Of a stretch of 64,000 nucleotides of DNA, positions 14,382 through 27,841 are shown piece by piece (within the stretch, counting starts at the first letter, position 1; every line of letters starts with the position of its first letter). Source of the stretch: Mobula hypostoma (Eukaryota); contig NC_086100.1 of assembly GCF_963921235.1 (NCBI RefSeq), forward strand, positions 153,700,001 through 153,764,000, read 5' to 3'. The position numbers were made by a program, and so were the translations under genes. The notes under the pieces are model-generated. The model ran no database searches, was not told where the DNA came from, and was given only the letters and a program-made list of their open reading frames with translations.

Positions 14382-14924
14382 CCTCTATTAAGTTGGATAA
14401 TGAATATTTCAAGTGCTCATTGAATAACAGAAAATGGGCGAGATAGAAAAGACTACTCTTTCTGTATTTCCTGTATTAAAAGTCAATTTCATGAGGAAAC
14501 CCTTGCTATCCTGACAATGCTCATGTTCTAATGTTCTTCTTCAGAGATATGCTCCTATTCTTTCTATTTATTGGGTTACAGGGCAAACAGCTTAAACTAC
14601 TTAAAATTTATAAGAATGATAGCTGAAGCCTTCAAGAATTAGAGAAATTGGTAAGCATTTTGGTTTTGGGGGAGATTATGATAAAGAGACTTAGTCTAAA
14701 CTTTGGACTAACATCTACCCTCCCTGCAGTTTTATATTTTTGTGTCTCCTTCCCTATTCTGAAGAAAGGTCTTCAGATTGAAAGGTTAAATCTGTTTCTC
14801 TTCCCAAAGATGCTGGGCATTTCCAGCATTTTTTTCAGGATTCCAGAATTGCAGCTATTTTGATTTTCCGCCTGTTGTCTTTTCAACTCATAAGGCGAAC
14901 GATCTTCTACATTCATTCAATGCA

Positions 14925-15430
14925 CACCAAGTCCCGCCCCAGTCGCACCTTCTTGCCTATGACGAAGTCCCGCCCCTATGTAAGCTCCGCCCCCGAATGA
15001 CGAACGCCCTTCTCGCTCTTGCAGACTGATTTGTTCCAGCAGAAGCCCCGCCCCCTCACCTTGTCCCACGAGGCGGAGTCGATACCGGAAGTGGCGACGG
15101 ATGAAGCGCCGAGTGCGTCGGCCCGCGGTAGACCGAAGACAGCGGCATCAGGAGCCTGAGTTATTGCGGCCGCTCGGAGCACAGGGACGGCGTTGGAGCA
15201 GCCGGACCGAGGCCGTAGAGCTGATGGGGGTGGTCGGCTCGAGCCTGGGCCTACTGGCCGCGCTGATTGTCGCTCTGTCAGTGCTAGTGGTGGGCGGCGT
15301 GAACTCGCTGACGGTGGCTGAAGGTGAGGAGTCCAGTCCTGGGGAGGAGGACAAGACTGCAATGGGTCGGGGTGGGAGCGGGTGCGCATCAGGGGCCGGG
15401 AGGAATTGGAGTTCTTGGTGAGTCGATGGG
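14925..15430 (+). promoter_or_regulatory. CpG-island promoter of HGSNAT with GC boxes and an ETS/GABP-type site
   Basis: Abrupt GC/CpG-rich stretch. AAGTCCCGCCCC occurs at 14929-14940 and 14965-14976, with further CCGCCC boxes near 14987 and 15048, and CCGGAAGT at 15085-15092. No obvious TATA box. Confidence 0.75.
15224..15323 (+). CDS. HGSNAT: Heparan-alpha-glucosaminide N-acetyltransferase exon 1 (signal peptide); alternative in-frame ATG at 15101
   Basis: MGVVGSSLGLLAALIVALSVLVVGGVNSLTVAE is a hydrophobic signal-like peptide. Donor GAAG|GTGAGG after 15323 (phase 1) joins exon 2 in frame. Confidence 0.82.
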
Positions 15431-17369
15431 GGAGGGGGTGGTTAGAGATGGGGGCACAACAGATACCAATGATCACTGGATGGATTTGTGGAAAATGGGG
15501 GTATGCAGAGGGGGGTAGGAGTGTTAACTGCAAGTGCGGTCGCTGTAGTTAGATTGCACTGTCCTACATGTGTGGGGAAGCAGTCTCTCTGTTCGTCAAG
15601 ACTATCAGAATCAGTTTTATTATCAGGCTTACATGATGTACCGTGCTGTACATTTCAAAATAGGTAAGTAGTGGAAAGAAAGAATAATGGCGTAGTGCTA
15701 TCTACGGAAAGGAGCAGTTTTTGATTGTGGATCTTCAGGCTCCTGGTACTCTCTGATGTGAGTAACGAAATGGAATGTTCTGGATGTAGAGGGCCCTTAG
15801 TGATGGGTACTGCCTCTCGGGAATGTCATCTAGTTGGGAGAATTTTGCCTGCGATGGAGCTCGCTGAGTCTACAGCCCCTTGCAGCCTTTTGTGATTCTG
15901 TGCATTGGAACCACCGGAGGTGTCTGAAATGCAACCGGTTCAAATGCTCTCCATATACATCTTTAAATAAATGCACGAGTCTTTGTTGACATTCAAAATC
16001 ACGTCAAATTCTTCATGACATAGAGCTGGTAGTATATCTTAGGATATGATCTGAAGATTAGGATGTCAATTTCCTCCTGTAGAAGAGCCCGCAGTGTCTG
16101 CTTTTAATGTTTAAATCAAGAGGCGGAGATTTGACAACACAGCATTCCTGGTACCTGCAAGAGAGCTGAGATAAGTTTTCTCCAGATCTCGGTCTGGACT
16201 CAGACTTGCATCCTAGTCTCCTAACTCATTTGAGAGTGTACAACTCTCAACCAGTATCTAAGATAGATTGGTGAGCAGTTTATTTTATTTGCTGTATACC
16301 ATCTTCCTGTATACAAATTAGCTGCTGCACGTTCGTCCTTAGAACAGTAGAGGAGGTTGTAGAAGGCATCTATTTATTTTTAAATTGTGGATGTTTAGTA
16401 ACTTGTTAGGCAATGCATACGGCTAAAATTGATCTAGTCTGAAGTTTTGATTGGCTAAATAGCTGATAGCTTGTTACCAGGAGTGAAGTCAAATGAGATG
16501 TGTAAGCTGTTTGACATTATAATGTGCAGTGATCATTAACACAGTATATAATTCAGTGGGATACAAGTCATGTGTCTCTACAAATTTGTTGGCTGCCTTC
16601 AAGTTGTAGTTAAGACACCAATTGTTCACTGGGTAATTATACATCATAATTTACTGATTTGTAATATTGACAGTTGTTGAAAAGGAAATTAAATAACCTT
16701 GTATTTTCTTTCTCAATATCACTGTGATTAAAATATCTGTAAAATTCTCCAATTCCAGTGGTTTACTTTACAACTTTTCAGTATCAGCATTTGTATTGAT
16801 TTTCAATATGAAGTGCAAATTTCTTTTTGATTGTAAGAGCTTTATTTCCTTGGTTACTGATTGCTGGGGAAACATTCTCTAAATAAACGTAGGATGTGTA
16901 CTTATTGTACTTGAGTAAATTTATGTTAAAATGTGCTTATGTGAATGAAATGCTGTCAGTGTATTTATTTGACACAGTCCATTTGTCTAGTGGACTAGGA
17001 CAACCTGCAATTAATTATATTTAGATGAAATTTGGCTGGACCAATTAAAAAAAATGTAATAGCTGGGATAAAACTACATGTGTATCTTTGTATGCATATT
17101 TGGAGGAAATTGCACTGCAATACTGACAACATTTGACATAGTGTTTCTTGAGTAACATCACAAACGTAGTACATTGGCAGTAGCTTCTGATCAGTCTATC
17201 AATAAGCCATTGGAAATGCACTGTGAAGTTATTACAATGGGCAAATTAGCATTATTTTGTTGTTTTACAATATCTGAACCATTCTTGTATCTGAAAAACT
17301 TGGAAGTAGCTAGTTCAAGAATTTTTTGCACAATCATATCAGTTTTTGAGTTTATTTGTGTCATTACAG

Positions 17370-17482
17370 AGTCTCCCGACAGAAAGCATCATAAACTTGA
17401 GATGGACCAGGCATTTTTAAGTGTTTATAATGAATTGTCTGAGGTGCTGGTTGTCTCTTGGCTGTCAGATCACTGTTACCAG
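17370..17482 (+). CDS. HGSNAT: HGSNAT exon 2
   Basis: tcattacAG acceptor; (E)SPDRKHHKLEMDQAFLSVYNELSEVLVVSWLSDHCYQ matches the HGSNAT MDQA..L..NEL...W.S..CY motif; donor CAG|GTGAGT. Confidence 0.93.
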
Positions 17483-17588
17483 GTGAGTGTTACAGTAAGT
17501 TAAGTTGTATCCCGGCAGTTGTTGCATCTAGGTTCACTGGTGTACAAATGAGAATGTTCTTGCTGAAGCAAAACTAACTTCACATATA

Positions 17589-19146
17589 CAATGGCTGGAA
17601 AAAGTTTGGCCTCTACAACTATTTTTACATTTTATTGTCTCATTTTCTAAATTTAAAATGTATTGAAGTAGAATTTTTAAGCTAATCTACAAAATATTGT
17701 GCATCTTGTCAAATCAAAGGAAAAATTCCAATTGTTTGCTGAAATTAAACTAAAATTGTGAGGCTATTAATGTAGTCATCCCTTTTGTAATTGCTCTGCT
17801 AACTTTCCTCAGATGCAATATAAGTGTTACCTGACCAACTCACCCAGTTTGTTGATGTAGAAAATTGGAGGGTAACCATTTTCAATTAATTCATAAGAAT
17901 AAATACTCCTTTGCTTTGTAAGGGCTGACAGTATGGTAGATTTTCAGCAGATCAGACCAAAATGGAGACAAAAGAGCAAATCAGGGGAATAATAGAGAAG
18001 CACAAATCTAGGGAAGGGTACAAGACCATCTCAAAGATGCTGAGCTTACCAGTGCGGTCCATCGTGGAAAAATATATGAAACCACTTCCACACTGCCTAA
18101 GTCAGGCTGTCCTTCTAAACTTGGATGCTGGAGAAGAATGGCACTTGTAAGAAAGGCTATTGTGACACCAACAGTCACTCTAAGTGAGCTGCAGCAGTCA
18201 GTGGCTATAACTGGAGATGAGGTTCGTGGTTCCACAATCTCTAGGGCCTTGCACAAAAATGCTATTATGGAATAATGGCAAGGAAGAAGCCCTGGCTTTT
18301 AAAAAATGCATATCCTTGCCCATAAAGACTTTGAAAAGTGTCACTTAGAAGATACTGTAACAATGTACAAGGAGGTTTTGTGGTCAGATGAGAATAAAAT
18401 GGAACACTTTGGCCTCCACACTAAGCAGTACCTGTGTGTAAATGTAATACGCATTTGCCAGGTAACACCATCCTGACTGTAAAGTATGGTGGAGGTCATA
18501 TCATGTTATGGGGATGCTATTCAGCATATGGGACTAAAACAATCTGGTCAGGATTGATGGGAAGATGAATACTGCTAAGTACAGAGAGAGATACTGCATT
18601 GAAAACCTGCTAACCTCTGCCAGAAAGCTTAAATTGGGTAGGAAGTTCATCTTTCAGCAGGACGACCCAAAGCACACTGTTAGGGCAACCATGGAGTGAC
18701 TTCAAATGAAGAAAATTGATGTCCTTGAGTAGCCCAGTCAAAGTCCTGACAACCAAATTGAACATTTGTGGCAAGTCCTCAAGATTGTTGTCCACTGTGC
18801 TCCCCAATCAACTTGGTTTAGCTTGAGCAATTTTGCAAGGAGGAATGGGCGAGTCTTGCTCCAGCATGTTGTTAATAGAGACTAATCTGAAAAGACTACT
18901 GGCTGTAATAGCAGTGAGAGGTGGCTCAAATCAGTAATGAGCAAATGTTTTCAAACTGCTGACATTCCAGTTTTTGAATTTTTATTTTTTCATGCTTTAC
19001 AATATTTCCTGTTTTTTGGCACTGCTGTGAAAAAAGGACATGTGATTCACAAATAAAAATTTTCTGTTAAATTGATTAAAATCCCTGGTTGCAGTACTTA
19101 GTTATCTGAACAAAGGGTTGGGGTCTGAATATTTTAGAAGGCATTG
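17589..19146 (+). mobile_element. Decayed Tc1-like DNA transposon
   Basis: TA|CAATGGCT...GGCATTG imperfect terminal inverted repeats. Transposase remnants [33 protein letters not shown] and FQQDDPKH. Confidence 0.85.
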
Positions 19147-20700
19147 CAGATCTGGCCAAATTTCAGGGATTGGTACCCAGATAACGTTATTTATTTTTGT
19201 TCTGCTTTTGAAACGTTTGAATACCTCTATGAGTGCAGTTTCTGCTTTTGGGTGAGTTTCAAATTGCATTGTTTTACAAGGCTTCAAGTAAAGTACATTT
19301 GTACAATCACAAAGGCAAGGGTTACATCATAGGTACAATTTTTTCTGATTAAGTTGAAAAGTGTCACTAGATGCATTCAAAGTTGGCAACTTGCTGAAGT
19401 CTTAGCAACAGTTGAATGTATTTCACAGCATTCTATTCTCCATCTATATGTAATCTGATCTTAATTTTTCTGAAAGTAACTGAGAATACACTGAATCATT
19501 GAACCACTTGATAACTTCAGTGGTAAGTGGGGGGGAAAGTTTCCATCTGTAGCTGATTCAAGTATCAGATAGCATAAACAAAGTGAAAACCTAAAGGAAC
19601 AAGCAGGACGTGAAAGGAATATTTTTATATTTGAGTATAAATATTTTGCTGTGCATGTAAAGGTGGTGGAAATAGTTGGTAGTTACAAAACAGAATTGGA
19701 AAGGGACTTCAGGAAAATAGTTTGTAGTTCTATAGGCTAAGGGGAAGAAACTCAATATAATGCTAAAAAGGGGGTCAGTATCTTACTGTAGGTCAATTGG
19801 CTACCATTTGTGCCGTAACAAAATCTATTTCTGTTTTGTGATTTTGTTACTTTCTAAGTACATATGTTTTGATCTGAAAAAACTTTGAAAAAATACAAAG
19901 AAAATTATTGTTATCAGAAGAGTATTCCCTGTGTGACTCCCATTAATTTTAAATTGGAAATGTTGTCATTTTTGAAGTTATCTGCCTCTGATTAACTTTT
20001 TAAGGGGCAGGTTTTGCTGGCATATGTCCATCACAGGTGGTGGCTCCACACCCAGTGTTACCTAGGCTAGATGGGAAGGAGAAACAAATGTACTTTGCTG
20101 ATACATTTATGTTATCAGATTGATGATGAGGAATCTGAAGGCTACCGAAGGAGGCCTGGTCCCAAAGCTGGACTGGAAGTTTCTAGATATTTTTCAATGT
20201 TACTGACTTTCAGAATATTCGAACACTACTAGTGTCCAATTTATTATGTGGCAGCAACTCAATGCATAAAAGCATGCAGACATGGTCGAGTGGTTCAGTT
20301 GTTATTTAGACTAAACATCAGCACCTCATTAATACAACTATCTAATCTTTGCTTAATGTCTAAGGATACATATTGTATCAAAAGGACAGGTAGCAAGGCC
20401 GCCTGTTGCTCTGTTGGTAGAAAAATGAAATCAAATCCTTAGAAAGAGGTAACCTAGGATTGGAAGGTTTTGAATCATTGTGGATAGAGCTAAGAAACAG
20501 CAAGGGTAAAAACTCCCTATAGGTGTTGTATACAGATCCCCAAACAGCAATAAAGGTATGGTCTACAAATTACTATGGGAACTAGAAAATGCATGCCGAA
20601 AGGGGAATGTTACTCAGTCATGAGGCATTTCAATATGCAGGTAGATTAGGAAAATCAGGTTGGTGCTGGATTCCAAGAGGGGGATTTTGTAGAATGCATA

Positions 20701-21368
20701 TGTAGTCCCCCGCCCACCCTCAGGGTCGCTCAGCTCGCTGTCATCTAAGGAAATAGCCCTCGGCCCCGCCAAACTGGGTAATTGGTTTGTGTGGATGCTG
20801 TATGATGTACCCTACCCCGCCCAAATAACAGACAATACACCAGATACAATTAAATGATTTACAGTTTATAGATATTACTGGAATTATGTAATTAATAGAG
20901 AATAAAATATAAAAGGAAAGTAAAAGGCGCCACACTTATCAAAGTTCAATCTCTTCATGCACAAACAGTTGGAGCTCAGGACCCTCGGACCACCTCGACT
21001 GGCCGCCTGGGACCAACAACGGTGGTCGACCAGACGCTCCACACGAGTCCGTCTCCTCTCCTCGCCAAACACCCTTCTCGGGGTCCGACCCCGTTAGTCA
21101 CAGCACCTGGTCCATCCTCTGTCTCTCTCTCTCCCACCTTCTGCCCCCAAAACTCTGCGCATACAATCTCTTACAGACACCCCACAGGCATAACAACTAA
21201 CCCAATTGGTTCATTTGTCCTCTTATCAGTAGATAATCCAAAACAAACTGCCAGCACAAGAACTTTTTCAGTGTTTAACATAACAAAGAAGCGTTCCCAA
21301 GCATAACATAACAAAGAAGCCATTTTAATTAGCCTACACAGTAACATAAAAGACGAAACCCCCCTACA
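20701..21368 (-). mobile_element. Solo LTR, family A (same family as the 36256-40429 element)
   Basis: TGTAG...CTACA termini; 4-bp TSD CATA at 20697-20700 and 21369-21372; colinear with 38374-39067. Confidence 0.92.
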
Positions 21369-21879
21369 CATACGAGATGGGTTTTTAGAGTAGCTCATGC
21401 TTGAGCCCACTGGGGGAAGAGCTGTTCTAGATTGGGTGTTGTGCAATGAACCAGAATTGATTAGAGAGCTTAAGGTGCAAGAACCCTTAGGGGAAAGTGA
21501 TCATAATATGATCAAATTCACACTGAAATTTCAGAAGGAGAAGCTAAAGTCAGATGTATCAGTAGTACAGTAGAGTAAAGGGAACTGCAGAGGCAGAGAG
21601 GAGTTGGACAGAATTGATTGGAAAAGAACACTGGCAGGGATGATGGCAGAGCAGCAATGACTGGAATTTCTGGAAGCAAATTGGAAGACACAAGATGTAT
21701 GCATACCAAGGTGGAAGGAGTATTCTAATGGTAAGATAACACAAGCTTGGCTAACAAGAGAAGTCAAAACCATTATAAAAGCCAAAGAGAGGACATATAA
21801 TAGAACAAAAATTACTGGGAAGTTACGGGATGGAGAAGCTTTTAAAAATCAACAGAAGGCAACTAAAAAAGTCATTAAT

Positions 21880-22692
21880 AGTCATACTTTATTGATCCCG
21901 CGGGAAATTGGTTTTCGTTACAGTTGCACCATAAATAATAAATAGTAATAAAACTATAAATAGTTAAATAGTAATATGTAAATTATGCCAGGAAGTAAGT
22001 CCGGGACTAGCCTATTGGCTCAGGGTGTCTGACCCTCCAAGGGAAGAGTTGTAAAGTCTGATGGTCACAGGCAGGAATGACTTCCTATGACGCTGTGTGT
22101 AGCATCTCGGTGGAATGAGTCTCTGGCTGAATGTACTCCTGTGCCCAACCAGTACATTATGTAGTGGAGTCAGACACCACCATCAGAGAGTCCAGTTCCA
22201 TCCCCACAACATCACTGGCCTTACGAATGAGCTTGTTGATTCTGTTGGTGTCTGCTACCCCCAGCCTGCTGCCCCAGCACACAACAGCAAACATGATAGA
22301 ACTGGCCACCACAGACTCGTAGAACATCCTCAGCATCGTCTGGCAGATGTTGAAGGACCTCAGTCTCCTCAGGAAATAGAGACGGCTCTGACCCTTCTTG
22401 TAGACAGCCTCAGTGTTCTTTGACCAGTGCAGTTTATTGTCAATTCGTATCCCCAGGTATTTGTAATCTTCCACCATGTCCACACTGACCTCCTGGACGG
22501 AAACAGGGGTCACCGGTACCTTAGCTCTCCTCGGGTCTACCACCAGCTCCTTAGTCTTTTTCACATTAAGCTGCAGATAATTCTGCCCACACCATGTGAC
22601 AAAGTTTCCTACCGTAGCCCTGTAGTCAACCTCATCTCCCTTGCTGATGCATCCAACTATGGCAGAGTCATCAGAAAACTTCTGAAGATGAC
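21880..22692 (-). mobile_element. Rex1/Babar-type LINE 3' fragment nested in CR1
   Basis: ORF 22157-22744: KFSDDSAIVGCI...LNVKKTKELVVD...YKYLGI...KKGQSRLYFLRRLRSF. Confidence 0.88.
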
Positions 22693-22735
22693 AAGAAGGT
22701 AAAGATAGAATATGAAAGTAAGCTGGCCAATAATA

Positions 22736-23875
22736 CAGGTCCACAATCCCTTATCCGAAATCCTTGGGACCAGTTGCATTTCGGAATTCAGAATTTTTCG
22801 GATTTCAGACCCCCCCCCCCCGCTGATACCAAAAAACACGAATGCTCAAGTCCCTTATTTAACCTGTCTCAGTGTGGTGGACTTTAGGACCCAGCGGCGC
22901 ACCAAACCTATGCACATCCTCCTGTATACTTTAAATCATCTTGAAGACTCGTACGACCAGATTTGAGAGTAGCTTCTTTCCAACTGTGATAAGACTGCTG
23001 AACAGATCCTGACCCGGATCTGGGCCGTACCCTCCAAATATCCAGACCTTGCCTCTCGGTTTTTTTGCACTACCTTTCTTTCCATTTTTCTATTTTCTAT
23101 TTATGATTTATAATTTAAAATTTTAATATTTACTAATTTTTCCTATTTTTAATATTTAATATTTGTAATCCAGGGAGCAAAAAAGCACAGAATCAAATAT
23201 CGCTGTGATGATTGTACGTTTAGTATCAATTGGCGACAATAAAGTATAAAGATTACGTATAATACCTAATACAATGTAAATGCTTTGTAAATAGTTGTTA
23301 TACTGTATTGTTTAGGGAATAATGACAAGAAAAAAATTTATTTCCAACTGAAACGTTCAATAAAACATAAAAATATACAGCTTCAAACGAACCGAATCAA
23401 ACACATGGTAAATGACTTACTGGAATAAATGTAGAATGTCACTGTCACTATAAAACTTCAGTAATTTTTCTTTCTGTTTATTTAAATCATATACAGTGGT
23501 AGTTCCGACACTATTTTCTTCAGTCAGACGCCACACAGACATGCCACGATCAAGCTTCTGCAATAACTCCACTTTCTGCATTATTGTTAATGATATATGC
23601 TTCCTTCTCTTTTTCTCATTGTTACCCATAGGGGTATCTGCAGCTCTTTTCGACATTTTCACAGTGAAATTAAACAAAGTCAACAGTGAACTCAAAATAT
23701 CAGCGAACAGCAAATGCATGTGTAACCAGTACGAGCGCTGAGCCACAACTGATGTCTGGCGGCCTCTGCTGGTGCTGCCACTTCACTCCTGAGTGACGTC
23801 AGCTGTTGGTGAAAAAAACTTCGGTTTTCGGAGCTTTTTGGATTTCAGAATTTCTGATAAAGGAATGTGCACATG
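22736..23875 (-). mobile_element. Tigger/pogo-type internally deleted DNA transposon, containing a LINE 3' fragment at about 22944-23250
   Basis: TA|CAGGTCCACAATCCCTTATCCGAAA ... TTTCTGATAAAGGAATGTGCACATG|TA. ORF 23417-23746 encodes a CENP-B/Tigger-like N-terminal HTH: KRRKHISLTIMQKVELLQKLDRG...VGTTTVYD. Confidence 0.85.
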
Positions 23876-26132
23876 TATTAAAGAGGATACCAAAGTTTTC
23901 TTCAGATACATAAAGTTTAAAGGGGAGGTGAGAGTGGATGTGGACTGCTGGAAAGCGATGCTGGAGAGGTAGTAATGGGGACAAAGAAATAACGGGAAAA
24001 CTGAATAAGTATTTTGCATCAGTCTTAATCGTGGAAGACACTAGTAGTATGGTGGAAGTTCTAGGTGTCAGGTGTCATGAATGTGTGAAGCTACTGTTCC
24101 TAGAGAGAAGGTTCTTGGGAAACTGAAAGGTCTGAAGGTAGAAAAGTCAGCTGGATCAGATAGTGTATACCCCAAGATTCTGAAAGAGATGGCTGAAAAA
24201 AATGTGGAGGCATTAGTAATGATGTTTCAAGAATCACTAGATTCTGAAATGGTTCTGGAAGACTGGTAAATTGCAAATGTCACTCCACTCTTCAAGAAGA
24301 GAAAGAGGTAGAAGAAAGGAAATTATAGGCAGTTATTCTGATGTCAGTGGTTGGGAAGATGTCGAAGTTGATTATTCAGGATGACATCTCAGGGTACTTG
24401 GAGGCACATGATAAAATAGGCCATAGTCCGCATAGTTACCTCAAGAAATATCTTGCCGGACAAATCTGTTGGAATTCTTGGAAGAACTAACAAGCAAGAT
24501 AGAAAAAGGAGAATTGGTTGATGTTGTGTACTTGGATTTTCAGAAGGACTTTGGTGAAGTACTACACATGAGGCTGCTTAACAAGCTGCAAGCCCATGGT
24601 GTTACAGGAAAGATATCAGATAGTTGAAGCACTATCTGATTAGGCAGGTGACAAAGAGTGGGAATAAAGCGAGCCTTTTCTGGCTGGTTGCTAGTGACTA
24701 GCGGTGTTCCACAGGGGTCTGTGTTGGGATCGATTTCTTTTTACATTATATGTCAATGATTTGTATGATGGAATTGATGGTTTTCTTGTAAAGTTTGCAG
24801 ACGATATGAAGATAAGTGGAGGGACAGGTAGTTTTGAGGAAGTAGAGACACTACAGAAGGACTTGGACAGATTGGGGAAATGAGTGAGAAAATGGTAGAT
24901 GGAATACGGTGTTGGGAAGTGTATGGTCATGCATTTTGGTAGAGGAAATGAAAGAGTAAACAATTTTCTAAATGGAGAGAAAATACAAAACTCTGAGGCA
25001 TAAAGGTACTTGGGAGTCCTTGTTCAAGGTTCCCTGGAGGTTTATTTGCAGGTGGAGTCTGTGGTGAGGAATGGAAATACGATGTTAGGATTTATTTAAT
25101 GAGGACTAGAATATAAGAGCAAGGATGTAATGTTGAGACTTTATAAAGTACTAATGGGGCCTCACTTGGAGTACTGCGAACAGTTTTGGGCCCCTTATCC
25201 TAGAAAGGATGTGCTAAAACAGGAGAGGGTTTAAAGGAGGTTCTCGAAAATGATTCCAGAATTGAATGGCTTGTTGTATGAAGACCATTTGATGGCTCTG
25301 TGCTTGTATTGGGAGTTCAGAAGAATGACATGTGACCTAATTGAAACCTATTGAATGGTGAAAGGCCTTGATAGTGTGGATGTGGAGAGGGTGTTTCCTA
25401 TTATAGGGATGTGTAGGACCAGAGACACAGCCTCAGAATAGAGGGGTGTCCTTTTAGGATAGAGCTCAGGAGGAATTTCTTTGGCCAGAGAGTGGTAAAT
25501 CTGTGGAATTTTTTTTATCACAGGCAGCTGTGGAGGCCAAGTCTATATGTATAATTAAGACAAGGGCTGATAGATTCTTAATTGTTCAGGACATGAAGAG
25601 ATATGCGGGGGAAGGCAGGAGATTGGGGCTGAGAGGAAAAATGGATCAGCCATGATGAAATGGTGGAATAGACTCAATGGGCCAAATGGCCTAATTCTGT
25701 TCCTATATCTTATGGTCTTGTAGACTATGGAATCATCCATGCAACTACCCCATTGAGCTGCAAAGAATTTTGAACATTTCAATGAAATCACCTCTCATTC
25801 TCCTCAAATCTAGAACCAACATCCTCACAGTAATTTATTCTTATCCTAACAATCAACCAGTATCCCTCCAAGACACTTGCTTCCTATTAATTCCCGTAAC
25901 TATAAATTCAACTATTCCCAAAGTGGTCTCAGCAAATCAATAGTAGCAAGTCTTCTCTACCATTGTAGTCCATTCACTTAGATTGATAGATTGTTGATTG
26001 TTCAGGGCATGAAGGGATACAGAGGGAAGGCAGGAGATTGGAGCTGAGAAGAAAATTGGATCAGCCTTGATGAAATGGTGAAACAGACTCGATGGGTCAA
26101 GTGGCCTAATTCTGCTCCTATATCTTATGGTC

Positions 26133-26613
26133 AAATCAGCCAATCATGTGATAGCAAGTCAGTGCATAAAAGCACGGTCAGTTGATGTTCAGACTAAACA
26201 TCAGAATGGAAAAAAGTGTGACTGAAGTGACTTTGACTGTGAATGATTGTTGGTGCCAGATGGCCTGCTTTGAGTATCTCAAAAACTGTTGATCATCCAA
26301 GATTTTAACATGCAAGTTTCTGGAGTTTACAGAGAATGGTGCAAAAAAACCCAAAAAAAAATCCATTGCGTGGTAAAAACACTTTGTTAATGAGGCAGGT
26401 CAGAGGAGAATGGATAGACTGGTTCAAGTTGACAGGAAAGTGACAGTAACTCAAATAACCACATGTTACAACAGTTGTGTGCAGAAGAGCATTTGAAGGT
26501 AGTATATGTCAGACTTTGAAATGGATGGGCTACAGCAGCAGAATACCACGAGCATGTGCTTAATTGCCACTTTATGAGGTACAGGAGGTAGTTAATAAAG
26601 TGGCCACTGAGTG
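26133..26613. mobile_element. Tc1/mariner-derived non-autonomous element fragment
   Basis: Ends in taataaagtggccactgagtg|TA. Same family as 45875-46411 in the opposite orientation; a matching left-hand piece lies at about 20225-20321. Confidence 0.65.
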
Positions 26614-27701
26614 TATAAAATTGAACTAAACACTTGAGACAATTTTCAATGATTGGATTTTAAAAGAACAAATGAAGCAGCTTGGGGGGAAAAAAACACA
26701 AACACAAATGGTTCTAAAAGAAGGACTTAATGTTTTCCTTTTTCTTTCTCCACTGCATCCCTCCAGTCCTCAAAGAAATCAGTTTTGCAAGAGTTGCTGC
26801 ATAGGTTGTACTGGTGCAGGATTTGAAAACCTACTTTCCCCAGTGTAAAATTTTAGGAAATCCCGGTAATATCGAGCTCTGCTGCTGGATTCCCATCTGT
26901 GTGCTGCTTTTAATTACATTTGAGATGTGCGTATCTGTGTGAGACACTGTAGTGCCAATCTTGCTGGCATTTACCAATAAGAATTGCGTTACTGATTCCT
27001 GCAGGTTCTATAAACATCCAAGTTTTGCTTCTCTAATTATTTCTGAGTTCAGTCACTTTCTCATCACTTCGTCAATACAAAGTCCCATGTGAGTTTTCAC
27101 TTTAAACCTCTGCAATTCTCTGCGCATCTAACTTTTTCTTCTCTTAAGATACTCCTTTAAACCAACCTCATTTCCAACCTTCTTGTCATCTATCCTAATA
27201 TCCCCATGAATGACAGCATCAAGCACTTGTATGGTGCTTTACAATTTCTAAGCGTGCAATATAACAGGTAAATTCTGCTTTACATTTCAGATAACAGAAA
27301 TTCACCCAAAAATTGAGATAATGGAATAAAAACTTCAATATTATTACAACTTGCTTTTCTTGATACGTACACAGGATGTGGCTTTGCATTACAGAAAATA
27401 GAGATTGAATGGATGTTTTTCTAGAATGTGACCCCGCTCTTCTCCAACCCCAACCCAGAGCATGTAATGTAGAATCGCCTGTAAATTGTTGTTGAATTGA
27501 CCCAATTTAAATAGTGTGGAAATACATATGGAAGTGGTTTGTGGTGTGTTTAAGTATGTTTTAATTTTCTTGTTACTAATTTGATTGATTTTCGTGTTGG
27601 TTACAGCTTCAGTCATGGGATTTAGAATAAATTAAGTTGTGAAGCCAAGCATGAATCAATAGCTAACATTTTCCTTCTGATTTTCTTATCTTGTTTCTCA
27701 G

Positions 27702-27841
27702 TGCAAGTTTCAGAAACTTGGTAGTGTGCCTCCAAAAAAGCATTTGGGACTTCAACAAAAACCCCCTGGGAATTCAACATTTGCCATTGACACTAAACAT
27801 GCAGTTTTGTTACAGTTGAACGTCACAGATGAGGTGTGCAG
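27702..27841 (+). CDS. HGSNAT: HGSNAT exon 3
   Basis: Polypyrimidine tract then ctcAG; CKFQKLGSVPPKKHLGLQQKPPGNSTFAIDTKHAVLLQLNVTDEVC(R); donor AG|GTTAGT, phase 2. Confidence 0.9.

Larger units (their letters stand above)
20330..25720 (+). mobile_element. CR1 LINE ORF2 remnant interrupted by a solo LTR, a Rex/Babar fragment and a Tigger element
   Basis: Colinear with the CR1 at 8880-11146 once the insertions at 20701-21368, 21880-22692 and 22736-23875 are removed. Contains YLDFQK, GVPQGSVLG and KFADD motifs and a CR1 3' tail. Confidence 0.88.

Noticed and set aside
14880..15230. CLEAR element (GTCACGTGAC) in a lysosomal gene promoter
   Set aside because: No canonical CACGTG E-box was found by eye; only GC boxes and an ETS-type site.
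14976..15533. 185-aa minus-strand ORF over the HGSNAT promoter (possible divergent gene)
   Set aside because: It is Pro/Ser/Arg-rich with a non-ATG start and no recognisable motif, as expected by chance in a GC-rich island.
23417..23746. Domesticated TIGD/JRK-like gene
   Set aside because: Only the N-terminal HTH is present, inside TA-flanked TIRs of an internally deleted Tigger element.
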